From an uncultured cyanobacterium (GTDB lineage: Bacteria > Cyanobacteriota > Cyanobacteriia > Cyanobacteriales > CAWUOF01), in NCBI GenBank assembly GCA_963744145.1, contig CAVUSO010000001.1:2112001-2176000 (forward strand): a stretch of DNA of 64,000 nt. Direction: 5' to 3'. Position numbers and translations under genes: made by a program. The notes beneath the pieces are model-generated. The model ran no database searches. It worked only from the letters and a program-made list of their open reading frames with translations, and was not told the DNA's origin. Below, piece by piece: positions 19,440 to 30,611 of the stretch (positions are counted from its first letter, which is position 1; each line of letters begins with the position of its first letter).

Positions 19440-19550
19440 TCTACAAAAATGGTGAAAACAGGAGGATTGCTGCAATTGTCGTCATGCTTCTCCGGAAAAA
19501 ATTCTTGGTCATGGCACTGAGAAAAAAAAGCATAAATAATTAGTAAATTC
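19440..19550. other. Second copy of the P0/sucD duplication-junction spacer
   Basis: Near-identical to 15879-15990. Confidence 0.85.
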
Positions 19551-21365
19551 TTATTTATTGCCTGTTAACAAAGCTTGGGATGCTGATTCACCCGCAATCC
19601 GAATTTTTTGGGTTAATTTAATGCTAAATAAACTCAAAATAGCTAACTGACCGATAAACGCAAGTAAGATACTAATTCCTGTTGCAGATGAGATTCCTGC
19701 TAATGGAAAAGCTGAGAGTAACCAAATATCAGGATATTTTTCTGGAGTAAGAGATAGGATGTTGAAAATCACAGGTGGTAAAAACATGATCCCCATGAGG
19801 GTGACTGTTGTCCATAAGACTTGGTTTTTTCTTTTCATCAATAGCATGATTTGAGCAATTACAGCACAGCTCAAAATCATAATCCCTAATAAAGCCATGC
19901 AAATTATAGCTTGAGTTTTATCCTTACTTTCATCACTAAATAAAATCAAGAATAGGGTCGGAATAATCGCGATGATAAAATTAATCGCGATCGCCAAAAT
20001 TGCCGGACTTTTTTCACTCCACAACAAATCTGAGATGAGCGACTGTTTCCACCCCTTTTGACCAATTGATTTTTGCTGATACCTAGCCCAATCTTGTAAA
20101 TTTTGGCGCTGAGGTGAGAGCATCATAATTAGACCCAAAAACATCAGCAGATTTAAAACTAAGAAAGGTGAATAGTTCAAGTGATCTATTGACAGAAAGG
20201 AAAACCCGAGGATAATTACTGCAAAACAAGCGACAAACAAATAACTTTTTCGTTTATTAAGTATAGTCGCATCTGGATTGCGAAAGCAACGTAATAATCC
20301 CAGCCAAATCCACCCAGTCCAACAAATATAATGAGTTATGATCAGACTAGCTAAAATGACAATATTCTGAGCGATCGGTAAGTCAAACCATTGCCATCCT
20401 AATAAATTTTTATAGGAAAAATATAATTCTCCTATAGAGGAAAAATGTCCTTTATCTATTTCTACTACATATTGTGAGTGAAACACCATATAGGGAATAT
20501 ATACAGTAGGAGAAAATAAATTAAACCAATCGGTTACCAGATGATTAATTGGATGATTAGAAGAACTAGACAGTGTTTGGGATGTAAATCCCAACAAAGC
20601 TAAAACTAAACCACTTCCTAACCAGGATTGAAATCCATTTAACCCAGAACTAACTAGCCCAAATAACATGGCAGCACTATAGAAAAACAGGCAACTAGCA
20701 GCTACAATGCCATAGAAACTGAAAATTATCCCGACTGGAATTTGGGCTAATAAACCAGCACATAGATGTAAGGGAATCGCGAGGATAGTTCCCCAATAAA
20801 GTAAACTCGGAACCCCTAGTAATTTTCCCACAAAAATTTTATAGGTTGACTGGGGACTGAGTCTAATAAAATTCAGAGTCCCCCGACGTTCTTCTTGAGT
20901 AAAATCGTTGATTAGTAGATAAATACCGATCGTTAATAAAGCAAACACACTAATAAAGCTCAACCCCAAAAATATATCTAACCACCAGTGAGACCAGTCA
21001 ATAGTGGGATGTCCATTTGTCAGTAAACATTCCTGAGTGGTAGTGGTTGATGGTGGTCGTGGTAGTGGTGGTGCAGGCAAATGCCGTAAACATTCCCGAC
21101 TGATACTGGGTGGTGGTGAAGGCAAATTCTGAACCCTGGGAACACTGCGTGACACATAATGGAAACTTAAGTAATTATCAGGATTGCAATCATTTCCTAT
21201 CAAATTGCCATATAATTTATTCCAAAAAGATAAAATGACGAGGATTTGACTAAATAAGGATATCCCCGTGGCGATCGCGACGGAATTCCGATTCAACCGA
21301 CCTTTAATTTCTCGGTATAACTGAGGATTCCAGTTAGCAATTTTTTCGAGCCAAAGTAGATTCAT
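19551..21365 (-). CDS. ABC-2-like permease paralogue P2 (class B, proline-rich loop)
   Basis: About 12 TM segments, EERRGTLNFIRLSPQS...GKLLG motif. Confidence 0.85.
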   Translation of the reverse strand: MNLLWLEKIANWNPQLYREIKGRLNRNSVAIATGISLFSQILVILSFWNKLYGNLIGNDCNPDNYLSFHYVSRSVPRVQNLPSPPPSISRECLRHLPAPPLPRPPSTTTTQECLLTNGHPTIDWSHWWLDIFLGLSFISVFALLTIGIYLLINDFTQEERRGTLNFIRLSPQSTYKIFVGKLLGVPSLLYWGTILAIPLHLCAGLLAQIPVGIIFSFYGIVAASCLFFYSAAMLFGLVSSGLNGFQSWLGSGLVLALLGFTSQTLSSSSNHPINHLVTDWFNLFSPTVYIPYMVFHSQYVVEIDKGHFSSIGELYFSYKNLLGWQWFDLPIAQNIVILASLIITHYICWTGWIWLGLLRCFRNPDATILNKRKSYLFVACFAVIILGFSFLSIDHLNYSPFLVLNLLMFLGLIMMLSPQRQNLQDWARYQQKSIGQKGWKQSLISDLLWSEKSPAILAIAINFIIAIIPTLFLILFSDESKDKTQAIICMALLGIMILSCAVIAQIMLLMKRKNQVLWTTVTLMGIMFLPPVIFNILSLTPEKYPDIWLLSAFPLAGISSATGISILLAFIGQLAILSLFSIKLTQKIRIAGESASQALLTGNK

Positions 21366-21375
21366 GTTATTTACC

Positions 21376-21430
21376 TATTTTTCCATTAACAGATTTTCAG
21401 ACCCTGATTCACCTATAATCTGAATTTGTA
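21376..21430 (-). pseudogene. 3'-terminal stub of a deleted class-C permease gene
   Basis: Reads QIQIIGESGSENLLMEK*, matching the C-terminus of P3/P5 (QIQILGESGSKNLLMEK). Confidence 0.75.
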
Positions 21431-21438
21431 GTAAATTC

Positions 21439-23127
21439 TTATTTATTGCCTGTTAACAAAGCTTGGGATGCTGATTCACCCACAATCCGAATTTTTTGGG
21501 TTAATTTAATGCTAAATAAACTCAAAACAGTTAACTGACCGATAAATGCAAGTAAGATACTAATTCCTGTTACCGATGAGATTCCAACTAATGGAAAAGC
21601 CGATAGTAACCAAATCCCAGGACATCTTTCTGGAGTCAAAGATAGGATGGTTAAAACCGCAGGTGGCAAAAACACGATTACCATCAGGGTGGCTGTTGTC
21701 CATAATACTTGGTTTTTTCTTTTCATCAATAGCATGATTTGAGCAATTACAGCGTAGCTCAAAATCGTAATCCCTAATAAAGCTATGCAAATTATGGCTT
21801 GAGTTTTATCCTCACTTTCAGCACCAAGTAAAATCAAGAATAGGGTCGGGATAATCGCGATGATAAAATTAATCGCGATCGCCAAAATTGCCGGACTTTT
21901 TTCACCCCACAACAAATCTGAGATGAGCGACTGTTTCCACCACTTTTGACCAATTGATTTTTGCTGATACCTAGCCCAATCTTGTAAATTTTGGCGCTGA
22001 GGTGAGAGAATAATAATTAGCCCCAAAAACATCAGCAGATTTACAACTAAGAAAGGTAAATAGTGACTTCTTCCGAGACCAGAAAATCCGAGAATGATTA
22101 TTTCAAAACAAGCGACAAATAAATAACTTTGTCTTTTATTAAAAATCGTCGCTTCTGGATTGCGAAAGCAGCGTATAAATCCCAGCCAAATCCACCCAGT
22201 CCACCAAATATAATTAGTTATGATCAGACTAGCTAAAATGACAATATTCTGAGCGATCGGTAAGTCAAACCATTGCCATTCTAATAAATTGTTATACGGA
22301 AAATATTCTTTTCCTATTTCTACTTGTGAGGGAAACACCATATAGGGAATATATACATTAGGAGAAAAGAGATTAAACCAGTCGGTTACCAGATGATTAA
22401 TTGGATGATTATATCTAGACAATATTAGGGATGTAAATCCCAAGAAAGTTAAAACTAAACCACTTCCTAACCCGGATTGAAATTCATTTAACCCAGAACC
22501 AATTAGCCCAAATAACATTGCAGCACTATAGAAAAAGAGGCAACTAGTAGCTAAAATGCCATAGAAACTGAAAATTATCCCGACTGGAATTTGGGCTGAT
22601 AAACCAGCACATAGATGTAAGGGAATTGCGAGAATAGTTCCCCAATATACTAAACTCGGAACTCCTAGTAATTTTCCCACAAAAATTGTCTGGGTTGATT
22701 GGGGACTGAGCCTAATAAAATTCAGAGTTCCCCGACGTTCTTCTTGAGTAAGATCGTTGATTAGTAGATAAGTACCGATCGTTAATGAAGCAAACACACT
22801 AATAAAGCTCAACCACAGAAAGATATCTAACCACCAGTGAGACCAATCAATGGTGGGATGTCCATCTGTTAGGATACATTCGGTTTCATATATTTTCTGT
22901 GGCAAATGATAGGAACGTAAGTAATTATACACAGTGCAATTATATTTGCCGTTGAAAGGTTCAATCTTACTGGGTAATCTAGTCCAAAAAGATAAGATGA
23001 CGAGGATTTGACTACATAAGGATATCCCCGTGGCGATCGCGACGGAATTCCGATTCAACCGACCTTTAATTTCTCGGTATAACTGAGGGTTCCAGTTAGC
23101 AATTTTTTCGAGCCAAAGTAGATTCAT
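21439..23127 (-). CDS. ABC-2-like permease paralogue P1 (class A)
   Basis: 562 aa polytopic protein with the same motifs as P2-P6. Confidence 0.85.
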   Translation of the reverse strand: MNLLWLEKIANWNPQLYREIKGRLNRNSVAIATGISLCSQILVILSFWTRLPSKIEPFNGKYNCTVYNYLRSYHLPQKIYETECILTDGHPTIDWSHWWLDIFLWLSFISVFASLTIGTYLLINDLTQEERRGTLNFIRLSPQSTQTIFVGKLLGVPSLVYWGTILAIPLHLCAGLSAQIPVGIIFSFYGILATSCLFFYSAAMLFGLIGSGLNEFQSGLGSGLVLTFLGFTSLILSRYNHPINHLVTDWFNLFSPNVYIPYMVFPSQVEIGKEYFPYNNLLEWQWFDLPIAQNIVILASLIITNYIWWTGWIWLGFIRCFRNPEATIFNKRQSYLFVACFEIIILGFSGLGRSHYLPFLVVNLLMFLGLIIILSPQRQNLQDWARYQQKSIGQKWWKQSLISDLLWGEKSPAILAIAINFIIAIIPTLFLILLGAESEDKTQAIICIALLGITILSYAVIAQIMLLMKRKNQVLWTTATLMVIVFLPPAVLTILSLTPERCPGIWLLSAFPLVGISSVTGISILLAFIGQLTVLSLFSIKLTQKIRIVGESASQALLTGNK

Positions 23128-23204
23128 GTTCTTTACCTATGTGGATTTATGAGCTTTCATTCAAAAAGGTCGATTGATGTCGTGCTAATTCCTTTATGAT
23201 TACC

Positions 23205-23320
23205 CAATACAGTTCAGTTAAGAATGTTTTTGGGGATCTTGGCAGAAGAAGGGTGAAGCATTCGGGTATAATGTTACTCGTTTAATCGCTCAATTATCAC
23301 CCGAATGCTTCACCCCTACA
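23205..23320. mobile_element. MITE end CAATACAGTTCAGTTAAG plus REP hairpin (empty-site form)
   Basis: GGGTGAAGCATTCGGG...CCCGAATGCTTCACCC arms; the complementary end TTAACTGAAC..ATTG follows the copies at 54405 and 61475. Confidence 0.75.
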
Positions 23321-23364
23321 CCGGATTGTATTATTACTGACATCAGTTTTGAAAAAACATCTTA

Positions 23365-24921
23365 CTAATGAGCAGCAAATAAAGCTTTTGAAGAAGATTC
23401 ACCAGCTTTATTTATTTTTCTGGTTAAGTTCATCATCAAACCAGTTAAAATTAACCACTGAGTTAGAATTCCTAAGCAAATAGTGATTCCGGTTACCTGA
23501 TTTACCGCAGTCCACAAAAATGGTGAAAACAGTAGGATAGCTGTAATTTTTGTGCCTCCAATATTTAATGTATGCAACAGAAAAGGAGGTGTTAAAATCG
23601 TAAACACTACAGAACTAGATGCTAAAACTTTCCGTTGAGGATTTTTGACTAATAGCACAGTTTGGGCGATCGCGGCATAAATTAAAATCAAATTTGCACT
23701 CAGCAGTAATCCAGCGATTACCTCAATTTTGAAAAATATATTTGTTGACCAGAGTAACACCCAAGGAATCCAAATCGCGGCAAATATTACTAGATTAATC
23801 GCGATCGCAACTAATGCTGGACTTCTTTCACCCCAGATTAAATCTGTCCCAAGAGCAGCATCAACATTAAAAATAGACTGCTTTGTCATTTTTTTGCCAG
23901 ATCGAACATAACTTGCCCAATCTTGAACTACTTGTCTATGGGGAGAAATCAGAGCAATTAAAAACAGAAATCCGACTAAGTTTAAAGAACTAACAAACGC
24001 TAATTGATACAAGAAAGAATCCGCAGAATGACCTGAACTTAATGAGGGCCAGAAAAATCCTAATAGCCAAATTTCCCCAGTTGCGACTAACCAATAACTC
24101 TGCTGCTTATTCAATAATGTACCTTGGGGAAAACGAAAATAACGATTTACAGCTTGCCATGCCCAATAACTTGCCCAACTAAAAACTATGAGGATTAAAC
24201 TGTAAGGTAGTAACCAATGATCTCCACTGGGAAAAAAGAACCATTGCCAGTTACCAGTATGATTATTACTTGAGTTTTCCCAATTAAAAAGTATTTCAGT
24301 TATACCGATCACTGGTGTTGCTAAAAATCCAGCTAAAAGACTACCACCTCCAGCGAGAGATTGAACATTTTCTTGAGTTATACCCATCAATGTCATCAGC
24401 AAAGCACTTACATAAAATAAACAAAAAGTTACTAACCACAGTGCATATAAACTGATGACTGAACCAAAAAATACTCCTCCTGCTAGAGCCGATAACAAAT
24501 GTAGTGGTATAGTTAAACCTACACCAAGATAAAGCAACGCTGGTACTCCGAGCAATTTGCCCATCAATATTTTTTCGCTTGATTCCGGGCTTAATCTAAT
24601 AAAGTTTAAAGTCCCGCGATTTTCCTCTTTAGCTAAATCATTAATTAGCATATTTACCCCCGCAATTACTAAAAATAGGGGGATCATCCAGTTCAGCGCT
24701 CGAAAGATGATGAGCCAATGAAAATTCCACTCAGTGGTTATACATTCTATCCCAATTCTCCGGATACATTTGAGTTCAAAACAAGACATAACCACCAATA
24801 ATTGCACCACGAAAGAACTAACGGTAACAATTATTAAATTGCGCGATGTCAGTCTTCCTTTTAGTTCCCGAAATAATTGGGGATTCCATTCACCTAGTCG
24901 GTTTAGATATGCAGGTATCAT
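23365..24921 (-). CDS. ABC-2-like permease P0 (divergent paralogue)
   Basis: WNPQLFRELKGR, EENRGTLNFIRLSPES, DLIWGERSPA; overlaps the operon downstream of the ATPase. Confidence 0.85.
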   Translation of the reverse strand: MIPAYLNRLGEWNPQLFRELKGRLTSRNLIIVTVSSFVVQLLVVMSCFELKCIRRIGIECITTEWNFHWLIIFRALNWMIPLFLVIAGVNMLINDLAKEENRGTLNFIRLSPESSEKILMGKLLGVPALLYLGVGLTIPLHLLSALAGGVFFGSVISLYALWLVTFCLFYVSALLMTLMGITQENVQSLAGGGSLLAGFLATPVIGITEILFNWENSSNNHTGNWQWFFFPSGDHWLLPYSLILIVFSWASYWAWQAVNRYFRFPQGTLLNKQQSYWLVATGEIWLLGFFWPSLSSGHSADSFLYQLAFVSSLNLVGFLFLIALISPHRQVVQDWASYVRSGKKMTKQSIFNVDAALGTDLIWGERSPALVAIAINLVIFAAIWIPWVLLWSTNIFFKIEVIAGLLLSANLILIYAAIAQTVLLVKNPQRKVLASSSVVFTILTPPFLLHTLNIGGTKITAILLFSPFLWTAVNQVTGITICLGILTQWLILTGLMMNLTRKINKAGESSSKALFAAH

Positions 24922-24961
24922 TCATGATCTCCTTGAAAAAAAAGTATTGGCGATCGCAATT

Positions 24962-25909
24962 TTATGAAGCTTGTTGATGTCCCATTTTCAAGAAAATTGT
25001 CTCTAAGTCTTCTTGAGTCGGATAAAATTGAGTAATTTCTATCCCCGAGGTAATCAGCGATCGCAGTAAAGCTACACTATCTTCTGATGTTCCTGAAAAA
25101 TGCACTCGTAATTTTTGATCGGGTAATATCTCCATACTTTCAACCAAGGGATGTTTGTTTAATTCAGCTTGTAATATTTCTATGCTACCCAAGCTAGATA
25201 AAATAATTTGCTGACGACTAAGACGATGGTAAAGTTCTGCTAATTTAGCACTTTCCACCAAATATCCTAGTTCCATAATCCCGATCGAAGTACATAATTC
25301 AGCTAAATCACTCAAAACGTGAGAAGAGATCAGAATCGTCATCCCAGCTTCTTGTAAAGTTTTGATAATTTCGCGAAACTGCATTCTCGCGATCGGATCT
25401 AACCCCGAAACTGGTTCATCTAGCAATAACACGATCGGTTGATGGACAATAGTTCTCCCTAAACTGAGACGTTGTTTCATCCCTCGTGATAAGGTAGAAA
25501 TCTGACTATTACGCTTGTTAGTTAACTGGACTAATTCTAAAACTTCATATAGACGTTGGGTGCGTAAGGGGTCTTTTAACTGATAAAGACGGGCAAAATA
25601 ATCAAGATAGTCCCAAACTGTGAGATCATCATAGACTGGAAAATCATCGGGTAAATAGCCAATCCGTCGTTTTAAAGTGGGATTATTGCGATCGCGGATT
25701 AACCGTTCTCCATTTATGTAAATTTCCCCAATGGTCGGTTCTTCCGCAGTCGCTAACATCCGGATTAGAGTGGTTTTCCCAGCTCCATTGGGACCAATCA
25801 GTCCGTAGACTTCTCCTGTTTCTATTTGTAAATCAACATCGTGAACAGCAATATGTCGGTCAAATTGCTTAGTTAAACCCCTTGTATCGATCGCTAATTC
25901 TTTTGCCAT
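24962..25909 (-). CDS. ABC-2-type transporter ATP-binding protein
   Basis: Walker A GPNGAGKTT, signature LSRGMKQR, Walker B LLLDEP, SSH switch. Confidence 0.95.
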   Translation of the reverse strand: MAKELAIDTRGLTKQFDRHIAVHDVDLQIETGEVYGLIGPNGAGKTTLIRMLATAEEPTIGEIYINGERLIRDRNNPTLKRRIGYLPDDFPVYDDLTVWDYLDYFARLYQLKDPLRTQRLYEVLELVQLTNKRNSQISTLSRGMKQRLSLGRTIVHQPIVLLLDEPVSGLDPIARMQFREIIKTLQEAGMTILISSHVLSDLAELCTSIGIMELGYLVESAKLAELYHRLSRQQIILSSLGSIEILQAELNKHPLVESMEILPDQKLRVHFSGTSEDSVALLRSLITSGIEITQFYPTQEDLETIFLKMGHQQAS

Positions 25910-26038
25910 ATTGTTGTGCTAGAAACAATATATAAATCCTCTTGAAATCCAGCCTAACTCTTTTTTTCTGGATCTGCCAAGAGGATCGGGCAAATATGAT
26001 TCGGTTATTTATGGGACTGAAGTCCCTACTACCAACGG

Positions 26039-26836
26039 TTAGATTTGATTTGGATCAATACCTAATTCGCGTAGTCTTGCTTCTAGAAATTTAGCACGCT
26101 GTTCCGAGGCGATCGCACGTTGTTCTGCGACGATCGCACGTTGTTCCAATTCGACTACTCTTTCACTCGGAATCAGAATCAACTCTCCGGAATCTTTAAA
26201 CCACCGTAACCATAACCGTTCTAGGTTTTTATAACTACCTTGCCACAAACCTAAGCTTAATTCTAACTCCGGAATAATTAACCGTCCTGACTGTAATGTT
26301 GCGGCTTCATAGCGACCACCATGTAGTTGAAAAGCTTGCAACTCGTTAGTGGAACGGCTAAAAACTACATAATAGGGAATTCGCAAAATTTCTTCATAAA
26401 CTTGCCATTTAGTCGGTGGTTTTCCGGGTTTTTGGCTGGTGCGACCTAAATCTTCTTCTTCTGTGCCAGGAGATAGTAATTCTACCACTATATAAGGACT
26501 AGCTGGCTCTTGCCACTGTACATAACTTAACCTTAAATCTCGTCCTTCATAGAGTCTGGGGACACCAACTGCACCAAACCAGTCCGGACGTTTATACCAG
26601 TTAGGATGGTTCAGATCGTAATAAAGATTGAGATCACTAGCAGTAAAGACTAAACTTGGATCATAAGTGCCAGGAATAAAGGTCAATTCTAATAGTTGTG
26701 GTTGATCAAGATGAAATAAATCAGGCAAACCAGGTTCCTCCGGGTCTTCACTAGGTAAATCATACATCGTCGGTAAAGTGAGCCGAGATGACAGAGGTGG
26801 ATTTAATGGTACTGGTTGCTGTGTTGGCAAGGTCAT
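26039..26836 (-). CDS. Uma2 (DUF820) family protein with C-terminal coiled coil
   Basis: [33 protein letters not shown]; 21-bp repeats give EQRAI.. heptads; likely start ATG 26836. Confidence 0.88.
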   Translation of the reverse strand: MTLPTQQPVPLNPPLSSRLTLPTMYDLPSEDPEEPGLPDLFHLDQPQLLELTFIPGTYDPSLVFTASDLNLYYDLNHPNWYKRPDWFGAVGVPRLYEGRDLRLSYVQWQEPASPYIVVELLSPGTEEEDLGRTSQKPGKPPTKWQVYEEILRIPYYVVFSRSTNELQAFQLHGGRYEAATLQSGRLIIPELELSLGLWQGSYKNLERLWLRWFKDSGELILIPSERVVELEQRAIVAEQRAIASEQRAKFLEARLRELGIDPNQI

Positions 26837-26939
26837 AACAAATAGTGAACTAGGTTCTGATATGATTATAAATTTGCCAAGCAAGAATCTCCAATTTTTC
26901 CGCAGATTCTCCATCTACTATCTCACCTTCACTATTGAT

Positions 26940-28026
<1,087 letters not shown>

Positions 28027-28118
28027 AAGTCAACAGCGATTTCAGGTTTTTGATTTTCAAATGTGGCAAATCGGAAATCTCAAATCGCTAATTTTATCAA
28101 AGTTTAAGAGCGGAGTAG

Positions 28119-28385
28119 TTGATGGTAGAATCGGCAACAAGCTCATCCGGAAATCTCCCCGAATCGCTCACTTCTGGACAGTTTATGGAGCCGAATTTAC
28201 TCAAATCGGCTCGTCAACTTTATCGTGCTTACTGTGAAACTCATCCTTACCATCCTCAACGTCCTGTGGGTGTAGCTGTTAATCGATTGACTTATCGAGG
28301 AAAATTAATTTTTTCTGGCCAACCAGTGCTTTTGCCAGAAGAATGTTTTTTATCCTATAATCAAATTGCCTCGAAATTATGGTAA
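28119..28385 (+). CDS. Small conserved-looking hypothetical protein
   Basis: 88 aa between leuB and pilD; RPVGVAV...RGKLIF...PVLLPEECF. Confidence 0.65.
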   Translation: MMVESATSSSGNLPESLTSGQFMEPNLLKSARQLYRAYCETHPYHPQRPVGVAVNRLTYRGKLIFSGQPVLLPEECFLSYNQIASKLW

Positions 28386-28408
28386 AAGTTCTCCCTCTAA
28401 CTATCTAA

Positions 28409-29230
28409 ATGAATATCCTGATTAGTATAATAGCACCCTTAATCGTATTTGCTTTAGGTTGTTCTATTGGTAGTTTTCTCAATGTGGTAATTTATCGATT
28501 ACCCGCAGGATTATCAATTCTTTGGCCCCCGTCTCGTTGTCCCCACTGTTTGCATCAATTAGGAAAGTCTGAGAATATCCCTGTATTCGGATGGATCAGG
28601 TTAAAAGGACGTTGCGCTCATTGTCAAAGTTCTATTTCGATCCGTTATCCTGTGGTAGAAGGAATAACAGGGATATTATTTTTGCTGGTTTTTTACCAAT
28701 TTGGGCTATCTTGGCAAACTCTCGGTGATTGGACATTTATTAGTTGGTTATTAGCATTAGGATTAATTGATGTTGACACCATGACTTTACCAAATCCCCT
28801 CACTAAATCGGGATTAGTCATTGGTTTAGGATTTCAAGCAGGTATCGGTTGGGCAACTACACACTTGCTCGCAGGTACAATCAATGGTTTAATGAGTGGT
28901 GTCATTGGTGCAGTTTTGGGAATTTGGCTATTTGATATCATTACTTTAGTCGGCACAATTGCTTTTGGACAAGCTGCCATGGGGGGAGGAGATGTGAAAC
29001 TAGCAGCAATGATGGGTGTATGGTTAGGTTGGAAATATTTATTACTAGCAAGTTTTATTGCTTGTGCAATTGGTGCTTTTGCTGGTGGTGCAGCGATCGC
29101 CCTCGGTTGGATTGAACGTCGTCAACCGATGCCTTTTGGTCCTTTTTTGGCATTAGGTGCTGCTTTAACTATGTTTTTTGGGCAAGCTATTTTAGATACT
29201 TATATTCACTTCTTTTTTCCTCTGAGTTAA
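28409..29230 (+). CDS. pilD: Type IV prepilin peptidase/N-methyltransferase
   Basis: GSFLNVVIYRLP, two CxxC, ISIRYP, MGGGDVKL, MPFGPFL. Confidence 0.95.
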   Translation: MNILISIIAPLIVFALGCSIGSFLNVVIYRLPAGLSILWPPSRCPHCLHQLGKSENIPVFGWIRLKGRCAHCQSSISIRYPVVEGITGILFLLVFYQFGLSWQTLGDWTFISWLLALGLIDVDTMTLPNPLTKSGLVIGLGFQAGIGWATTHLLAGTINGLMSGVIGAVLGIWLFDIITLVGTIAFGQAAMGGGDVKLAAMMGVWLGWKYLLLASFIACAIGAFAGGAAIALGWIERRQPMPFGPFLALGAALTMFFGQAILDTYIHFFFPLS

Positions 29231-29252
29231 AATTATCTTCACCTAGACTAAG

Positions 29253-29663
29253 ATGTTATATGATGGTAATATTTATGACCAAATTAGAGCTAGGAGAAAC
29301 AACATGAACAAGCTAAATAGTTGGTATAAATGTTTCGGTATAGTTGGATTATTATTTTTATCCTTTGGTAGTGTTAAAGTTTCTCATGCTACAGTTAAGC
29401 AAAGTTTGCAGTTAAATAGCGATCGCTATTTATTAGCGGAAAATTGTAGTTCCGATGAGCGAAAAGTGGCAACTAGAAAAGGATCTCCGCTTAAGGTTCA
29501 CGCTGACCATCAGGTGAAAAGTAACACAATTGGGAGAATACCTAATGGTACAGTAGTTTTGTGGCAAGATTCTGATTCATCAGGAAAATGGGCTAAGGTG
29601 ACAGATAAAGAACAAAATTTGTCGGGTTGGGTATGGGCTGGTTATCTCAAATGTACAAATTGA
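29253..29663 (+). CDS. Secreted bacterial SH3-domain protein
   Basis: Signal-like N-terminus; PLKVH...IGRIPNGT...W.KV...GWVWAGYL. Confidence 0.75.
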   Translation: MLYDGNIYDQIRARRNNMNKLNSWYKCFGIVGLLFLSFGSVKVSHATVKQSLQLNSDRYLLAENCSSDERKVATRKGSPLKVHADHQVKSNTIGRIPNGTVVLWQDSDSSGKWAKVTDKEQNLSGWVWAGYLKCTN

Positions 29664-29667
29664 TCAT

Positions 29668-30489
29668 TTACATCTGGCTTTGATCAAAGTTAAGAAACTT
29701 GGCTAAAGCTTCAACCATTAGAGGGGGCCAATGACGAGTTTTGGCTACCCATTCTAAGTTTTGATAGCGCGGATCAAGTTCAGCTACAGAAACCCAATTA
29801 CTCTCTGCTTCTCCATGTTTACCTTGAACCCATAAAAGCGCAGTTAAAGCAGCTCTCATATCGGCAAATTGAGGATATCTCCGGAGTAAATTCCGGATAT
29901 TTCGCATCGCATTTTCTGATTCACCAATTTGATATAAAGCCAGGGTATAGTTAGCGCGAGCTAAAGGATATTCTGATGCTAGTTCTATAGCTTTTTTATA
30001 GTCCGCGATCGCTTCATTCCATGCTCCTAATCCCGCTTGAGCATTACCTCGATTATTAAAAGCAGCGGGATCTTGAGGATCAATTTCTAAAACTCGATTG
30101 TAAGAGGCGATCGCTTCATCCCATTGTCCTAAACTAGCTAAAGCTGTACCGCGATTCAAATAAGGATCAGGAGCATCAGGAGCGAGTTTTATGGCTTGAT
30201 TATAATCAGCGATCGCTAGTTCTAATTGATTCTGACTAACTCTTGTATTACCTCGATTGCTCCATAAAGCTGCTTCCTGGGGAAATCGTTCGATTAATTC
30301 AGTCCAATAATCTTCAGCAGTACCAAAGTCTCCGATCTTAGTAGCATTAAATGCTTTTTCTTTGAGATCGTTTAGTTTTTCAATTTGTGCTGGAGTAAAA
30401 GTTGGTGGGAGGGTTTGGGCACTAATAGGTAAAGTATGGCTAATCAATAGGTTGAGCGTTAGTAATAGAAGCAAGAAAAATTTAAGCAT
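29668..30489 (-). CDS. TPR repeat protein with signal peptide
   Basis: Repeated NRG...AIADY..AI.L.P; likely start MLKFFLL at 30489. Confidence 0.88.
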   Translation of the reverse strand: MLKFFLLLLLTLNLLISHTLPISAQTLPPTFTPAQIEKLNDLKEKAFNATKIGDFGTAEDYWTELIERFPQEAALWSNRGNTRVSQNQLELAIADYNQAIKLAPDAPDPYLNRGTALASLGQWDEAIASYNRVLEIDPQDPAAFNNRGNAQAGLGAWNEAIADYKKAIELASEYPLARANYTLALYQIGESENAMRNIRNLLRRYPQFADMRAALTALLWVQGKHGEAESNWVSVAELDPRYQNLEWVAKTRHWPPLMVEALAKFLNFDQSQM

Positions 30490-30611
30490 TTTGTGGTCTC
30501 GATGGTGAGGGAATAGGATGGAACTAAGGTTAAAATTACTTTTATCAGTAATTTTAACAACATCCTGCTCAAAGCTAAAATCTTCTACAATGGAAAAAAA
30601 CCAAGTAAGCA

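Noticed and set aside
12713..23127. Diversity-generating retroelement acting on the permease loops
   Set aside because: No reverse transcriptase in the window; the differences between copies are not confined to adenines of one template and include indels
26778..26939. N-terminal extensions of the leuB and Uma2 ORFs
   Set aside because: The extensions overlap each other on opposite strands; family-like sequence starts at 26940 (leuB) and about 26836 (Uma2)
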